Shown here: in pieces, positions 13,179 through 34,138 of the stretch | Numbering within the stretch: the stretch's first letter is position 1 | How the letters are laid out: every line of letters starts with the position of its first letter | DNA from: Hormiphora californensis | Lineage: Eukaryota; Animalia; Ctenophora | Direction of reading: 5' to 3' | DNA length: 64,000 nt | Assembly (NCBI GenBank): GCA_020137815.1 | Contig: CM035351.1 | Coordinates: 744,001 to 808,000, forward strand | The notes under the pieces: model-generated | What the model was told of the DNA's origin: nothing | Databases searched by the model: none | The model's input: the letters and a program-made list of their open reading frames with translations, nothing else | Translations under genes and position numbers: made by a program

Positions 13179-13767
13179 TGAGACGGACTAAATGTTTTGG
13201 GGATGTTTGATATGTGTATTTTGCAGTGAAATTAAAGAGAGAAGTGTGGTATCTCTATGAAGTAGTTTATTGAAATAAGGTGATATGTTCTTGTGTAACT
13301 TTTGTACAGTGTAACGTTGTGTTCAAATTGTGTTCTATTTCAGATCTATTTTTAGAAATACACATGTCTTCCATTTCCACCCGATCTTACATGTTCCCAC
13401 GTCCTCAAAATTAGCCCTTACACTAAAACTAAACCAACTGCTGTCTAGTTTATAACTGTCATCGTCCCTAATCCCTCTAACCCCCTTCCTTAGTCCTTCC
13501 TCCTCCTCCATAATCCTAACAACACCCCCTCCTCCCATTTACCTCCCACACCATGCCCCAACAACCCCTCCCTCAGTTCCTACTTCCTAATTAACTAACA
13601 ACCTCCTTTGTAGCCACACCATGCCCCAACACCCCACCCCTCAGTTCCTAATAATCTAACCACTATTTTCCCATCTAGTCACACCATGCCCCAACACCCC
13701 CTTCCCTAGACCCCTCTTTTCAGTTCAACTACAACTAACACCCCTCCCTCTCCTTTGTAGCCACACC

Positions 13768-14088
13768 ATGGTCAACATCCCCAAGGTGCGGAAGACGTTC
13801 TGCAAGTACTCGGAATGCAAGAAGCACACCCAACACAAGGTGACTCAGTACAAAGCGGGCAAAAGGAACAAGAAGGCTCTGGGTGAGAGGCGTTACCGAA
13901 TGAAACAGATGGGATTCGGAGGACAGACCAAGCCCGTGTTCCGAAAGAATGCCAAGACCACGAAGAAGCAGGTCCTCAGGATGGAATGTCAAACATGTCA
14001 CAAGAAGAAGCAGGTGACACTGAAGCGGTGCAAGCATTTCGAGTTGGGTGGACAAAAGAAGAGGAAGGGGCAAATGATCCAGTTCTAG
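13768..14088 (+). CDS. RPL36A: 60S ribosomal protein L36a/L44 (eL42)
   Basis: [12 protein letters not shown]...[10 protein letters not shown]...[10 protein letters not shown]. Confidence 0.97.
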   Translation: MVNIPKVRKTFCKYSECKKHTQHKVTQYKAGKRNKKALGERRYRMKQMGFGGQTKPVFRKNAKTTKKQVLRMECQTCHKKKQVTLKRCKHFELGGQKKRKGQMIQF

Positions 14089-14472
14089 GAGTTGTGTGTC
14101 AATTGACCGTTTTTTATTTATCCTACACTGAAAATATACCGTGCTTCAGTTTTCTCTCCAATCTCTCACTGAGCTGTGCTGTTACAACTTGTCTCACTGT
14201 GACCTTTGCAGCAGCGAGACAAGTTGTGTCCCATGAAATGCTAGACAATGTCACAGAATTATCGGGTCTTGTATGTAGCGCGCGAGTATTCTAGCATGTT
14301 ACTGCGAACGAGATGTTCAGCAATTCTTGCGAGTGTTTCCAGTGCGCGCGCACCCTACCAACAACCCCATCCTCTTTCCCCCCCCCCCCCCCCCATTTTA
14401 CACTGTCCCCCACTTCAATCTGTCCCTTGTCAGTGCCTCACCCTGTCCCCTCTGTTTCTCTAGCAATAGATC

Positions 14473-15932
14473 ATGACAGAGGAAGATATCACTGAGGAGC
14501 GGATTCGCGGCATGAAAGTTGTTGAGTTAAAAGCAGAGCTTGAAAAGAAGGGATTATCTAAGAATGGAGCCAAGGCCGCCCTTGCAAATCGTCTAATCGA
14601 GGTATGAAATTTAGTTATTGTTAGGGGTGGGGGTAGTGTTTGTGTCAGTAAACAGATATTAGAATTGTTGCTTGCCTTGATACAGAACCTACAAAGCGAA
14701 ATAGCTGCTGAAAAAGAAGAGGAAGAGATGGAGGGGGAAGGGAAAGAGAACGGTGTGACAGAAAACGAGGCCATGGAAACTACTGATGAACAACCAGAGA
14801 TGGTGGAAGAAGAAAGTGTTCAGCAAGAAGAAACAACAACAACAGCTACTGCTGGGGTGGAACAAGTGGTAGATGAACCTATGGAGGCCACAGAAGAGAC
14901 ATCAGCAGTAGTACCTGATGTAGAGCCTACTTCAGTGGAGCCTGAATCAGTCTCTATAGCAGAGGAGCCTGAGTCGGGTGCCACTGAAGTAGAGCCTGAA
15001 TCAAGTTCTACTGTAGAGTCAGGTGGTGAACCTGCTGCTGTTCCGTCTACTACTACTGCAACTGAATGTACTGAAACAGCAACTGAAAGTGCCACTACAG
15101 CTGAAGTTCTACCTACTAGCAAGACTACTACTGAAGCTGAAAAAACTGAAGGTAAATCCCAAGGTGATCATAGTTATTCTTTGTACATAGTGAAGTTATA
15201 AAAGTAGACATTGTCGTTTCCCATAAACTAAGTAGTTGCTTCAGATTTAGGAATGTTTTTTCCTTTGATTCAAGTTTCTTGTTAAACTTTTTTTGAAAAG
15301 ATTTCCAGCCGGGTATTTCCCCCTCTTCTCCAAGCCATATATTGTGTGTGTACAGGGCTCATCTCTAACCCTGTGAAACTCAGACAGCAATTTGGAGCCC
15401 CTTCCCCTGGAGCCTCCTGCTGAGGAGCTAGACTACGAGGAGACCGACATAAAGGATGATCTGGTATCATTTGACATAGAAGATGCAGATATAGCTGCTG
15501 TAGAACAACCTACCCCTGCTGGTGGTGATGGTGGTGCTGGTCCTGCTACTACTGCCATATCTGGAGATGACGATGAGGTGACTGTGGTGGCTGTAAAGAG
15601 CGGGGATACAAAAGAAAGAGGACGAAGGGTAATCACGCTAATTTTATCCGTTTAAATTGATAGGCATAGTACAGTTGTTATTAAAATCACGTTTTTGTAG
15701 TCATCGCAAGGTCAACAACATACATTTCCCCATTTTGCTTGAATTTTGAAAACAAAAAAATACAATAATTTTGAAACTACAACTGATAATGAGACGCTGG
15801 TAAGACGGGAACGACTACAACTACTGCAACAGACTGCTTATATTTCATCACTCCACACGATTTTTTTGCCGTATCACTAAAGCGTTTTACCATCACCCCT
15901 ATCTTCCCGTCATCTCTCTCTCTCTCTCTTTC

Positions 15933-15996
<64 letters not shown>

Positions 15997-18602
15997 GTTT
16001 CTCTGCTGTTCTCTCTCTAAAAATCCTGCAACACGGCGCATGTAGCCTTGTTCATATTTGCTAGGTTTAATTAAGATATATTCAGGATTTATAAAATGTG
16101 TACTTGTGCCCCTTTTTGTGTGCGACTGTGCTGCTACCACGACATCAAGTTCAACCCCCACTCCCCCCTCAGGCACCCTGACATTTTGAAGATGGTGTGG
16201 ATTAGCAACCTGACTAAAGAAACACGGGCACTGGATCTGAAAACTTGCTTTGGATTACATGGAAAGGTTAGTTTCATCTCCACAATAATGGAAATATGGC
16301 GCCCTACCCCCTTCCCTAGCTGTCTGACAATTCCCTACTGACTCAATTTCCTCGTCCTAAATTCCCCTTTTTTCCACTACCAGGTTATGAGTGCTAAAGT
16401 AGTGATGAACCCGAACTCAAAGGATGCCAAGTGTTTTGGTCTTGTGACAATGGATAAAGAATCGGAGGCTACAGTGTGTTTAGAGAAGCTGCAGGGATAC
16501 AAAATACACGATATGGAGATACAAGTGTCACGGGTAGGTGCATTAGAGATTGGGGATAGCACGCCAAATCATTGGGGATTGAGTAATTTGTTGCTTGGGG
16601 ATAATTTTCCTGTTTCCCCCACCTTGAATGTGGTCCTATTTTGATCCATGTTTCCCTCCGGGTTCCCTCCACAGCCCAAGAAAGACAACGCAGTGTTGAG
16701 AAAAATGCGCCAGACACAGAACCGACCTTCAGGGTTGAGACCGAGAATCAAATCTCCTGAGGAGAAATCTTCTAGTAAAGGTGACAATTCTCTCCTTCCA
16801 TGATGAATGTTAACAGTTTACATCAGATATCACTACAATTGAGCTTGTCTCTATCATTTTATTAACACGCCCCCCCCCCCTCCTGCTCAGAGAGGTCTGC
16901 AACACGAAGAGTTGTATCAGGATCAGGCACGATATCTGTCAACATTAAACCATCTGAGCGGGATGAGAGAGGAGGACGAAGATCATCACCTCGCCGGAAA
17001 TCTCCCTCCCGCTCCTCAAGGAGGTCCCCTGGCCGCCGGTCCTCACCTGGTAGAAGAAGGAGCCCAGGAGGAAAAAGAAGATCCCCAATCAGGGCCCCAC
17101 GGAGATCTCCCTCGCCCCGTAGGAGGTCCCCAGGAGGTAGACGCTCCTCCCCTCGTAAATCATCTCCAGGACGATCTGGGAGGGCACGATCTCCCAGCCG
17201 CCGTTCTCCTAGAAGATCCTCACCTAGGAAAACTTCTCCCAGGAGATCGGAACCCAGGAAAGCCTCACCCCGCCGTTCTTCCCCCTCACGACGTCACTCT
17301 CCTGGTAGACGCCCTTCCTCTCAGCGTACCAGTGTAACTGCTAGAATCTCTCCAGGACCTACTATTACAAGTGCCCCAAGGTCCCCACGAGCTGGTATCA
17401 CTAGTGCAGGTAGCAGCAGCAGAAGATCTCCAGAGAGACGTCGATCCCCGGAGAGACGTCGATCCCCTGAGAGACGTAGATCATCACCTCATGGACGGAG
17501 CAGCAGTAGAAGATCCCCACCTGGTCGACGTGGCAGTTCACCACGGAGATCCCCTAAACGGGTCAGGAGGTCCCCAGAGAGGAGATCCCACCGCTCACCA
17601 GATAGAGGCAGCAGTAGAGATATGGAGCTGAAGATGTTGAGGGAACAAACAGCGAAACAAGAACAAGCTATCAAGGCACTAATGAAGGGAAATGTTGGTA
17701 ATATTGGGGATGTGCTGGGCAACTCTCTCACTGAGAAACTTGCCTCTGATCTTAAAGCTGCTCTTGTTAAACAGCTCGCTAGTTCTGTAAAGAGTATCAA
17801 CCCTGCTGCAGCCCCTCCCCCTTCATCCTCCTCCAGAAAGGAGAGCCATCATCATGGGGGACACAGGGCTCCAGCACCATTACCACCCCAGAGACCCCCA
17901 GTACCCCATGCAGCTCCAATGCCGGCATTCAACCCTCTAATGGTGTCGCACAAGGAGCAGGAGGCTCCCTATTCTCACACAGTGAGGAGCAGTGCAGCAC
18001 CACCCCAGTCCTCCAGAAGGAGTTACCCAGTGGCCAGGGAGGAGCCCCACCCACCTCCCTCTAGGAACACCAGACCTCCCTTCACTAACGCCCTCCCTCC
18101 CCCGGTATCTGCATCCCGTCCCAACTACACCAACGCTGCACCCCACAGAGGGGGTGATCCTGGGTATGCCAGACAGGGTATCCCTGATCCCTCCTACCCG
18201 CCAACCCGGGGAGCACCAGTGTCAGCAGGAGGTGGTGGAGGTGGTGGGACTCCTAACCAGATATCTGATCTGTTGAAATCTCTCCAAGGTGTGAAAGAGA
18301 TGGTGAACAAACAACAACCTCATCCTCCCTTCTCCTCACCCAAATCCCAGCCTCAACAGATGCGAGGTATGCCACCTCAACACCAACCTCAACAACACCA
18401 GCAGCCTCCACAACAATACAAGACCCAGGGTGGTATGGGAGGGTACGGGCAGCAACAGCAGCAGCCACCCCAGCAACAGTTCAATGTTCCTGGTCCTATC
18501 AACATCCAGCAGGGTAATGGTCCACCCATGCAATGGCAACCACCCCCACACTTTAGTAACCAAGGAGGGTACCCACCTGTCAACCAGCAATTCAGGAGAT
18601 GA
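14473..18602 (+). CDS. SAFB: SAFB/SLTM-like SAP + RRM protein with RS-rich and P/Q-rich C-terminus (multi-exon)
   Basis: SAP domain MKVVELKAELEKKGLSKNGAKAALANRL (14473-14601); acidic linker; RRM VWISNLTKETRALDLK...AKVVMN...CFGLVTM (16173-16533); RSP repeats about 16970-17620. Confidence 0.82.
15914..15995. repeat. (TC)n microsatellite
   Basis: Direct inspection. Confidence 0.9.
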
Positions 18603-19378
18603 GGAAGAGGGAGGTAGTAGTATGTTGTTGAGAACTTAGTGGATGAAGTGAACACTCCGAGATGAAGATGAACTCGAAATGGATTTTGTTGAGCGAGAAA
18701 TTATTGAAAATTGCTGACTCGTTTAAATGTATTCAAAAGATTAATTTTTCCACTGCAATTAAGAAACTGAGTTTCAATTGGCCAAAAAAGGATATTGTTA
18801 TTGGTCGAGAAAGGATATTGAAACCCCAGTCATGCCAGGAGGGTGTTTCTCCCAGATAGTTCCAGAAGTCCACGGGACAATGACCGGTCGAATGGTCGAC
18901 AGAGCACGTCTCCAATCACAGCACCACGTATTGAAAAGACCGCGCGGTGTTGTCTATAAAATCAGTACCGCGCGCTACGCCAAACTGAGTGGCGGCAAAT
19001 CAAGGGACACACTTCACATCGTTGAGTGCTGAGAACTGAGAAGGGTTCTGAAGAATTATGTAACCTGTAGTTTTAATCAGGATTTATCTACGTGTGACCT
19101 AACCCTCATACGAGAGATGGGGTTTATCCCCTCATGAGGGTAAGGCCGATGGAATTGTGACACGTTGTTTACAGACACACATGAGACACATTAGCTTTAG
19201 TTTCTGTCAGGAATAAATAGCTGGACCCTTAGTAGGTTTAAAAACAGTCTTCGATAACCATAACACACTCTCTCAGATAATACACACACAGTTCCCACAG
19301 TGTTTTCAATTAACCTATTATTCTCATCTTACTAAACAATAAACCTGTAACACATCAGTAAACTATAAACTCCCTGCT

Positions 19379-28462
<9,084 letters not shown>

Positions 28463-28760
28463 TTCAAGTTCTGCTCTTGTGAGGGTCCAGCCTAGCTAGA
28501 TTAATGAATGAATTAAGCGTCGGGGTAAAGCTGCGTCAAGTAAATTCAAAACCTATTGTTTAGACAAAAAAACGGAGTTGGTCATAGAGACAATAAATTA
28601 CCAACACACGCTTTCTGTCCTTCTGGCCAGTGGCCTCTTTCACAGACTACAGAGTAATCTGTGGTGTAATTTATGTTTTTCCCTCTTTTTCTCAAGAAAA
28701 AAAAACGATACCGTGGAGAGGTCTCAGAAATCAAAATAGGGATCTCAGAAAATTTCTGAC

Positions 28761-29081
28761 AACGTTGCTGGCCCCCGATTACGTTGCTGGGCCCCGATTA
28801 AGGCAGCGCTTTTCAAGACAGAAATCAAAACGCCAAAAAAAGAATTTGATCACCGAAAAATGAAGGTCGCGACTTGCCGAAATTTGAAGCGCGCGATGCA
28901 AAACAGCTGAATTTCTGCAGTGTTGTTATCCCCAACTCGCGCGTTCCATTTTGCGCGTGATTTAGCATCGTAAGTAAGAGTTTTTTGATACTCGAGCAAG
29001 GGGGGGTGGTATGGCGGCCAACATCGGCCTGAATATTGAAAAGCGCTGCCTTATCCCGCGCTATCGGGGGCCAGCAACGTT
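28761..29081. mobile_element. Inverted-repeat (MITE-like) element upstream of PEPCK
   Basis: AACGTTGCTGGCCCCCGAT / ATCGGGGGCCAGCAACGTT and AAGGCAGCGCTTTTCAA / TTGAAAAGCGCTGCCTT inverted pairs. Confidence 0.6.
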
Positions 29082-29156
29082 TGCCAAGCCTGAATATAAA
29101 TAGGTGTAGACACTTAACAATGATAAAAACTGTAATAAATTAAATATAAGATGAGT

Positions 29157-30300
29157 CTATTGCCCCACTTGATATAGCTGCTCGTCCCTGTTGCCCTCGC
29201 CCCTCAATCTACCCCGATGCCCCCTGATGGAAACAGTTATTGATCGCACCATGGCGAAAGATAGCCTGAGTCGAAGATAACGGATGCATTGGTCGTAGGT
29301 GTATCCCGTTTTCTTAGCTTTCTTATCGGCTAGCTGTTTCAGTGTCTTTTTGAATTCCCGACCGAGACCCCCCGTCGTGGACATTACCAGAGGTGTAAAT
29401 GAAGATTTTTCCACTTCAATGACCCGATGAAGGTAGCCAGTCTTTTTCTCCCTCTCATGTTTTTCATACACTTTAGAGATTTCCTGGTTAGAGTTGGATG
29501 CCACCCTAGGATTAAATACCCTCACATCAAAATAGGTGTTATCCATGCTAGATAATAATTTCCAAAATGTTAGTCCGATAATTGTTTTCTCCCTACTCCT
29601 CCTACAGTTTTTGAGCTAGACCCCTGAAAATTTGTACACTGGTACTTTGGACCAAGGCGGGTGTAAGTACGGGCTCAGATTTTTGATCCGATCTTTACAA
29701 CAGTGACGTCACGGGGTGACGTCATTGCGCCAAAAATACTTACATTTTTCAAACGCTTCTAAGACCCTGAAAACGGCTCTAAATCAAAAAACTAACGCAA
29801 TAGTGGGGAAAGAGAATCGTTTGAACTTCATTTTACATGATATCGATTTCCCGTAACTCAATGTTTAAGGGTCGTAAATCGCGTCGGGAAAGTTAAAAAT
29901 GCCAAAAATACGATATTTTTCACCGTAGCCACCCAAAATCTTATCCAATCGATATGAAACTTGGTCGTTATGTGAACTTTAATGTCCTTTGGCCAGGGGT
30001 TCCCGGAAAACGGATTGGCAAGATGAGAACTGACCGGAGTTCTTATAATTCTAAATTCACGAATTTGGAATTTTTCGTCGACTTTTTTTGGCGACATAAA
30101 ACGCGAGGAAATTTTCAATGAATTTTAAAATTTTACACTGCGCGCGTAATTCTAGGTTCCGCGCGCGGCGTAAAAAAGCAGCGCTTTTTTGAAAAAATTC
30201 GCGCGTTACAGTAAATGATTTACCAATTACCATTTACCAGGTCACGGGTTCCCAGCAAACGGGTACTCTAGTCCATGCTAGACCAGAAATCACGAGCAAA
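29157..30300 (-). mobile_element. 3' fragment of a CRE-clade non-LTR retrotransposon (restriction-like endonuclease), split by an insertion
   Basis: ARDFWSSMD (about 30297-30272) joins NTYFDVRVFNP...HEREKK...FTPLVMSTTGG (29546-29157). Confidence 0.78.
29553..30271 (+). mobile_element. 719-bp non-coding insertion ending in CTAG
   Basis: Flanked by the 11-bp direct repeat TCCATGCTAGA (29542-29552, 30272-30282); interrupts the endonuclease reading frame. Confidence 0.65.
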
Positions 30301-30677
30301 AAAAAAAGTCAATTAAAAAAGTCGCGACGATCCTTACGCCTCACGTATGTGGTTTGCGTGATGCTCTGATGGCTCATCTCTGACTCTGAGGGTTATCAAA
30401 TAGTCTTTACGTTGACGATTGGCATGCCCATTGGCCCACTGCGCTGGAGATCCAGCGCATGCATCTGCATCCCTGGGTAGTACGGTTGTTTTTGACGGGT
30501 ACATGGTACATGGTACATGGTATCCTCTGCATATATTCTTTACTGCAGAAGACATGGCATTAATGCTAGTTTAAACTGCTTAAACGAAATTTTTCATTTC
30601 ATTCCGTTTCAATGTGAAACCCAGGAAAACCAGGCATAATCCACGTGTCACTATGTTAACCCTCGCCCCATTTTAGA

Positions 30678-32525
30678 ATGTTTCTCATCCTACTCGCCCT
30701 ACTACTTGGTACAGTTTCCACCCAACTGGTGGTCAACACTACACTACCCAACAAAGAGGACTATGCAGCTTTATACCAAGTCGCTGTGTCCGCTTATTTC
30801 GATGAAAACGATTACACCAAGGCCCAGCAATATCTTGAACTTGCTATCGCTGATAAACGGTAGGAATATGTGTGTTATAATGTTGCTATGGTAACCACAC
30901 ATAAGCGATCAAATCTCTGATATTTTATCTATAATATCTTTCCCGATTCATTACTCCTTTTATCTCTTTTTCAATTTCTCTCTCTCTCTCTCTCCAGGTA
31001 CCGAGATGTGATGCTGCTAAAATGCCACAAAAGGTGCTCCCCATCTACTGATGCTGGATCCACCAATGAGTTGTTTATGTTTGGTTTCGTGCGACAGGAA
31101 AAGTGTACTAAGAAGTGTATGAAAGAACTATTCGGGGAACCACTCTCTCTTCCTCTTTATGTGAGTGAGAGGTTTATCTTACTTGACATTCTCTATCTCG
31201 AGTTTATCTTACTTACTTGTCTATCTATACAGTTCAATAAAATATCTCTAACCCTATATAGTGTATCTCACTGCACAGTGTGATCCTATTCAATCTTCTA
31301 GGTAATCAAGGATTTCAAGACCCGGAAGCCGTACAGTTTCCTCCACTATTCATACTACATGATGGGTGATCTGAGCAGGGCACTGGAAGCTGCTACAACT
31401 CATCTCTCTCACAACCCTAGTGATGAGACTATGAAGGGTAATGTGGCCTACTACAAATCCCAAGTAGGGGAGGATGGAGGGGATGTAGTGGTCCCCCCTC
31501 ACGAGACGCCCGATAGTAAGGAGCTGTACAGGAGGGGAGGGGCAGCTTATAACAGTGTGGATTATCCAGCAGCTAAAGAGGCCCTTTCTGCTGCACTTAC
31601 AGGTAAACAAACATCCCTTCACCCTAGTAGTATACCTCCCTTTCTAATATTAAATGATGTTCAATGGTGTTCCTTCAACTCACAAACTAATCCACAGAGT
31701 ACATGAGAGAAGTGGGGAAGTGTAAAATCTTCTGTGAGACTGGACATGACAGATATGAAGCAAGGAAGATACCAGATCTTAGTGAATACAGTACCTTCCA
31801 AGAACAACTACTAGCTCTTTATCAGAGGGTGGTGGAATGCAGGAACAGGTGCCCCACTCGACATGATAATGATCCTTCCTTGAAGTTAACCGAGGACTTC
31901 CTACCCTCCATTCTGAACTATTTGCAGTTCAGTGAGTTTCAGACTGGGGATGTAGAGGGGGCGGCAAGGACAGCTGCATTTCTATCTTCAACTTGTACCC
32001 GGTTAGTCAGCAATTAAATACTTTCAATTAGTTAGTTACAGTTTTAACTAGCACTTATATATATATATAAGTGCAAGTTAAAACTAACTAAGTATATATA
32101 CTGGTACTCGTTCGGCCCTGGAGGTTTACTAATTACTTTCTTTAACCCCTCCTCGTCTACTAGGTGACCAGAAAATGACGGGTAACCTCAAGTACTACCT
32201 GGAGCAGTTGAATCTAACTAAAGCACCTGTTGATTCAGCAGCAACCGAGTGGATCAAAGAGCGCCAACTAGATCAGGTATGTAGTTCACAGGGTGCTGTA
32301 CTTGGATAAAGAATTATTTTCAAGTGCTGAAAGCATAATGACTCATGAGTTTTGTTTTTTGATTCAAATTCTCCCCCTCTTTATCAGGAAGTGCTAGCTA
32401 CTCTGGTGGGCAAGAGAGAGATCAGACGAAGACTAAAGGAGAAGCACAGTTTTGTGTTGGGAGATCTTGGTTTGGTATCTGAGCTAAATCCAGACAAGCA
32501 GATCCTTTGGAAGAACCTGTATTAA
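30678..32525 (+). CDS. CRTAP/SC65 (leprecan family) protein without a hydroxylase domain, 6 exons
   Basis: Signal peptide; CxxxC motifs; DFKTRKPYSFLHYSYY...HNPSDETMKGNVAYY and NYLQFS...MTGNLKYY repeats. Confidence 0.82.
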
Positions 32526-32760
32526 TACAAACACTGTGAACATTTTATACTGTTTTATATTATTTCAAGGGATTTATATTTTCTAGATAACTTTATTATT
32601 TTTTCAGGGGTTTTGTACAATATTGTTTATGTATTTTTCTTTACTTAGAGATATAGCATCCCGTCGTCCAACACTAAACTCTTCGAACTCTGGTAGGGTT
32701 CTCTCCATCACCACACCTTGATCTACCGAACCCTCACAGAGTGGTGTGGTAAACCACGCC

Positions 32761-33840
32761 ATGCCTCCAGAGCCCTTCCACCACTTCTCCTCTCCCCCGA
32801 CTCTAACTGAATTTGGGGACTACATGAAGGACAACATACCATGTACCTTTGGAAACTGGATATCAGCTGGCTGGCCTGCCCTCTCTGACTGGGTTGTTGA
32901 TGGCAGACCTAATTATGGGCTCCTGAGGGACCGGTTTGGACATTGTAAAGCTCCCGTAACTAGTTTCAGTAATACAGGTGATCCTGTATGTGAGGAGGGG
33001 TCAGTTTCAGAGTTCTTGGATTACTGGGCTACCCTCCCTCAAGATCATGTAGTAGATACATTCCCCTCATCCCCATCTCCCTCCATCCCTCGGTACCTTA
33101 AAGACTGGCATTTTGCCAGGGACTCACCAGACCCAGTTTACACTGTTCCATCCTACTTCTCGGACGATTGGCTGAACAAATATTGGTCACAAAGGGATGA
33201 TGTGACTGATGATTATAAGTTTTCCTACTTTGGTCCCGCGGGATCCTTTACCCCTCTTCATGCTGATGTGTTCCGCTCATTCAGTTGGTCAGTGAACCTG
33301 TGTGGTAGTAAGAAGTGGTTGATACTGTGGCCAGGGGAGGAGAAGAAACTAGCCCCGGGTCAGTGGTGTGTTGAGGAGGAGGGGAGAGCTATTGTAGAGG
33401 ATGAGGGTTCCAGTTATAGTCTAAAGGAAGGAATGCGGAATGTAAAGGAGGTGGGTTCCAGTAGTAGTTTACAGTACACTATTATACACCAGGGCCCTGG
33501 GGAGGGTATATTTGTACCTAGTGGTTGGTGGCACCAAGTCCTAAACACCCGTCACACCATCTCTATCAACCACAACTGGGCCAACATGCACTGTGCTCCC
33601 CGGATGTGGGACTACCTCCAGGCAGAACTAGGCGAGGTGGAGCGGGAGATATGGGATGTGAGGGAGTTGTGTAGTGATCAGGAGTGGGATGATCAGTGTC
33701 AGTTGGTATTGAGAGCCAACATTGGGTGGAGTTTTAAAGAGTTTAAAGAGTTTGTGAAGTGTAATGCGAGTAGAGGAGATGATTTTATACACTATAATTT
33801 AGATGATGTTCAACTGTTTTTAAGTACTTTACCAACTTGA
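32761..33840 (+). CDS. JMJD4: JmjC hydroxylase JMJD4, intronless
   Basis: YLKDWHF, FSDDWLN, DYKFSYFGPAGSFTPLHADVFRSFSWSVNLCGSKKW, FVPSGWWHQVLN, ISINHNW. Confidence 0.92.
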   Translation: MPPEPFHHFSSPPTLTEFGDYMKDNIPCTFGNWISAGWPALSDWVVDGRPNYGLLRDRFGHCKAPVTSFSNTGDPVCEEGSVSEFLDYWATLPQDHVVDTFPSSPSPSIPRYLKDWHFARDSPDPVYTVPSYFSDDWLNKYWSQRDDVTDDYKFSYFGPAGSFTPLHADVFRSFSWSVNLCGSKKWLILWPGEEKKLAPGQWCVEEEGRAIVEDEGSSYSLKEGMRNVKEVGSSSSLQYTIIHQGPGEGIFVPSGWWHQVLNTRHTISINHNWANMHCAPRMWDYLQAELGEVEREIWDVRELCSDQEWDDQCQLVLRANIGWSFKEFKEFVKCNASRGDDFIHYNLDDVQLFLSTLPT

Positions 33841-33992
33841 ATAAGATATATATTTTTCTACATATTATATTTACTGTTGCATATTTCTTCATCTAACGTG
33901 TTCTTACTTGGTTAAATGTTAATCTCCCTCCCCCCCCACCAATATGATAGACCCTTGTAAACTTGTTTCACTTTGTAGACCCCTGTAATACA

Positions 33993-34110
33993 GATATTTA
34001 GGAATCGGCGATTCTTCTCGATTTCTTCTCGATCTTGATTCGATCTTTAGGGAATAACTAAAGATCGAGATCGAGAAGAAATCGAGAACAATTGCTGGTT
34101 CCTAAATATC
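33993..34110. repeat. 118-bp imperfect palindrome (MITE-like hairpin)
   Basis: GATATTTAGGAA...TTCCTAAATATC with internal TTCTCGATTTCTTCTCGATCT / AGATCGAGAAGAAATCGAGAA. Confidence 0.8.
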
Positions 34111-34138
34111 ACCCCCCCCCTCTACTAGTTAATGTCGT

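Noticed and set aside
16912-17631. ORFs 16912-17337 and 17371-17631
   Set aside because: Alternative frames of the RS-rich SAFB exon.
30678-33840. CRTAP-like plus JMJD4 as a split prolyl 3-hydroxylase
   Set aside because: JMJD4 is a JmjC-family enzyme unrelated to the P3H catalytic domain and has its own start and stop.
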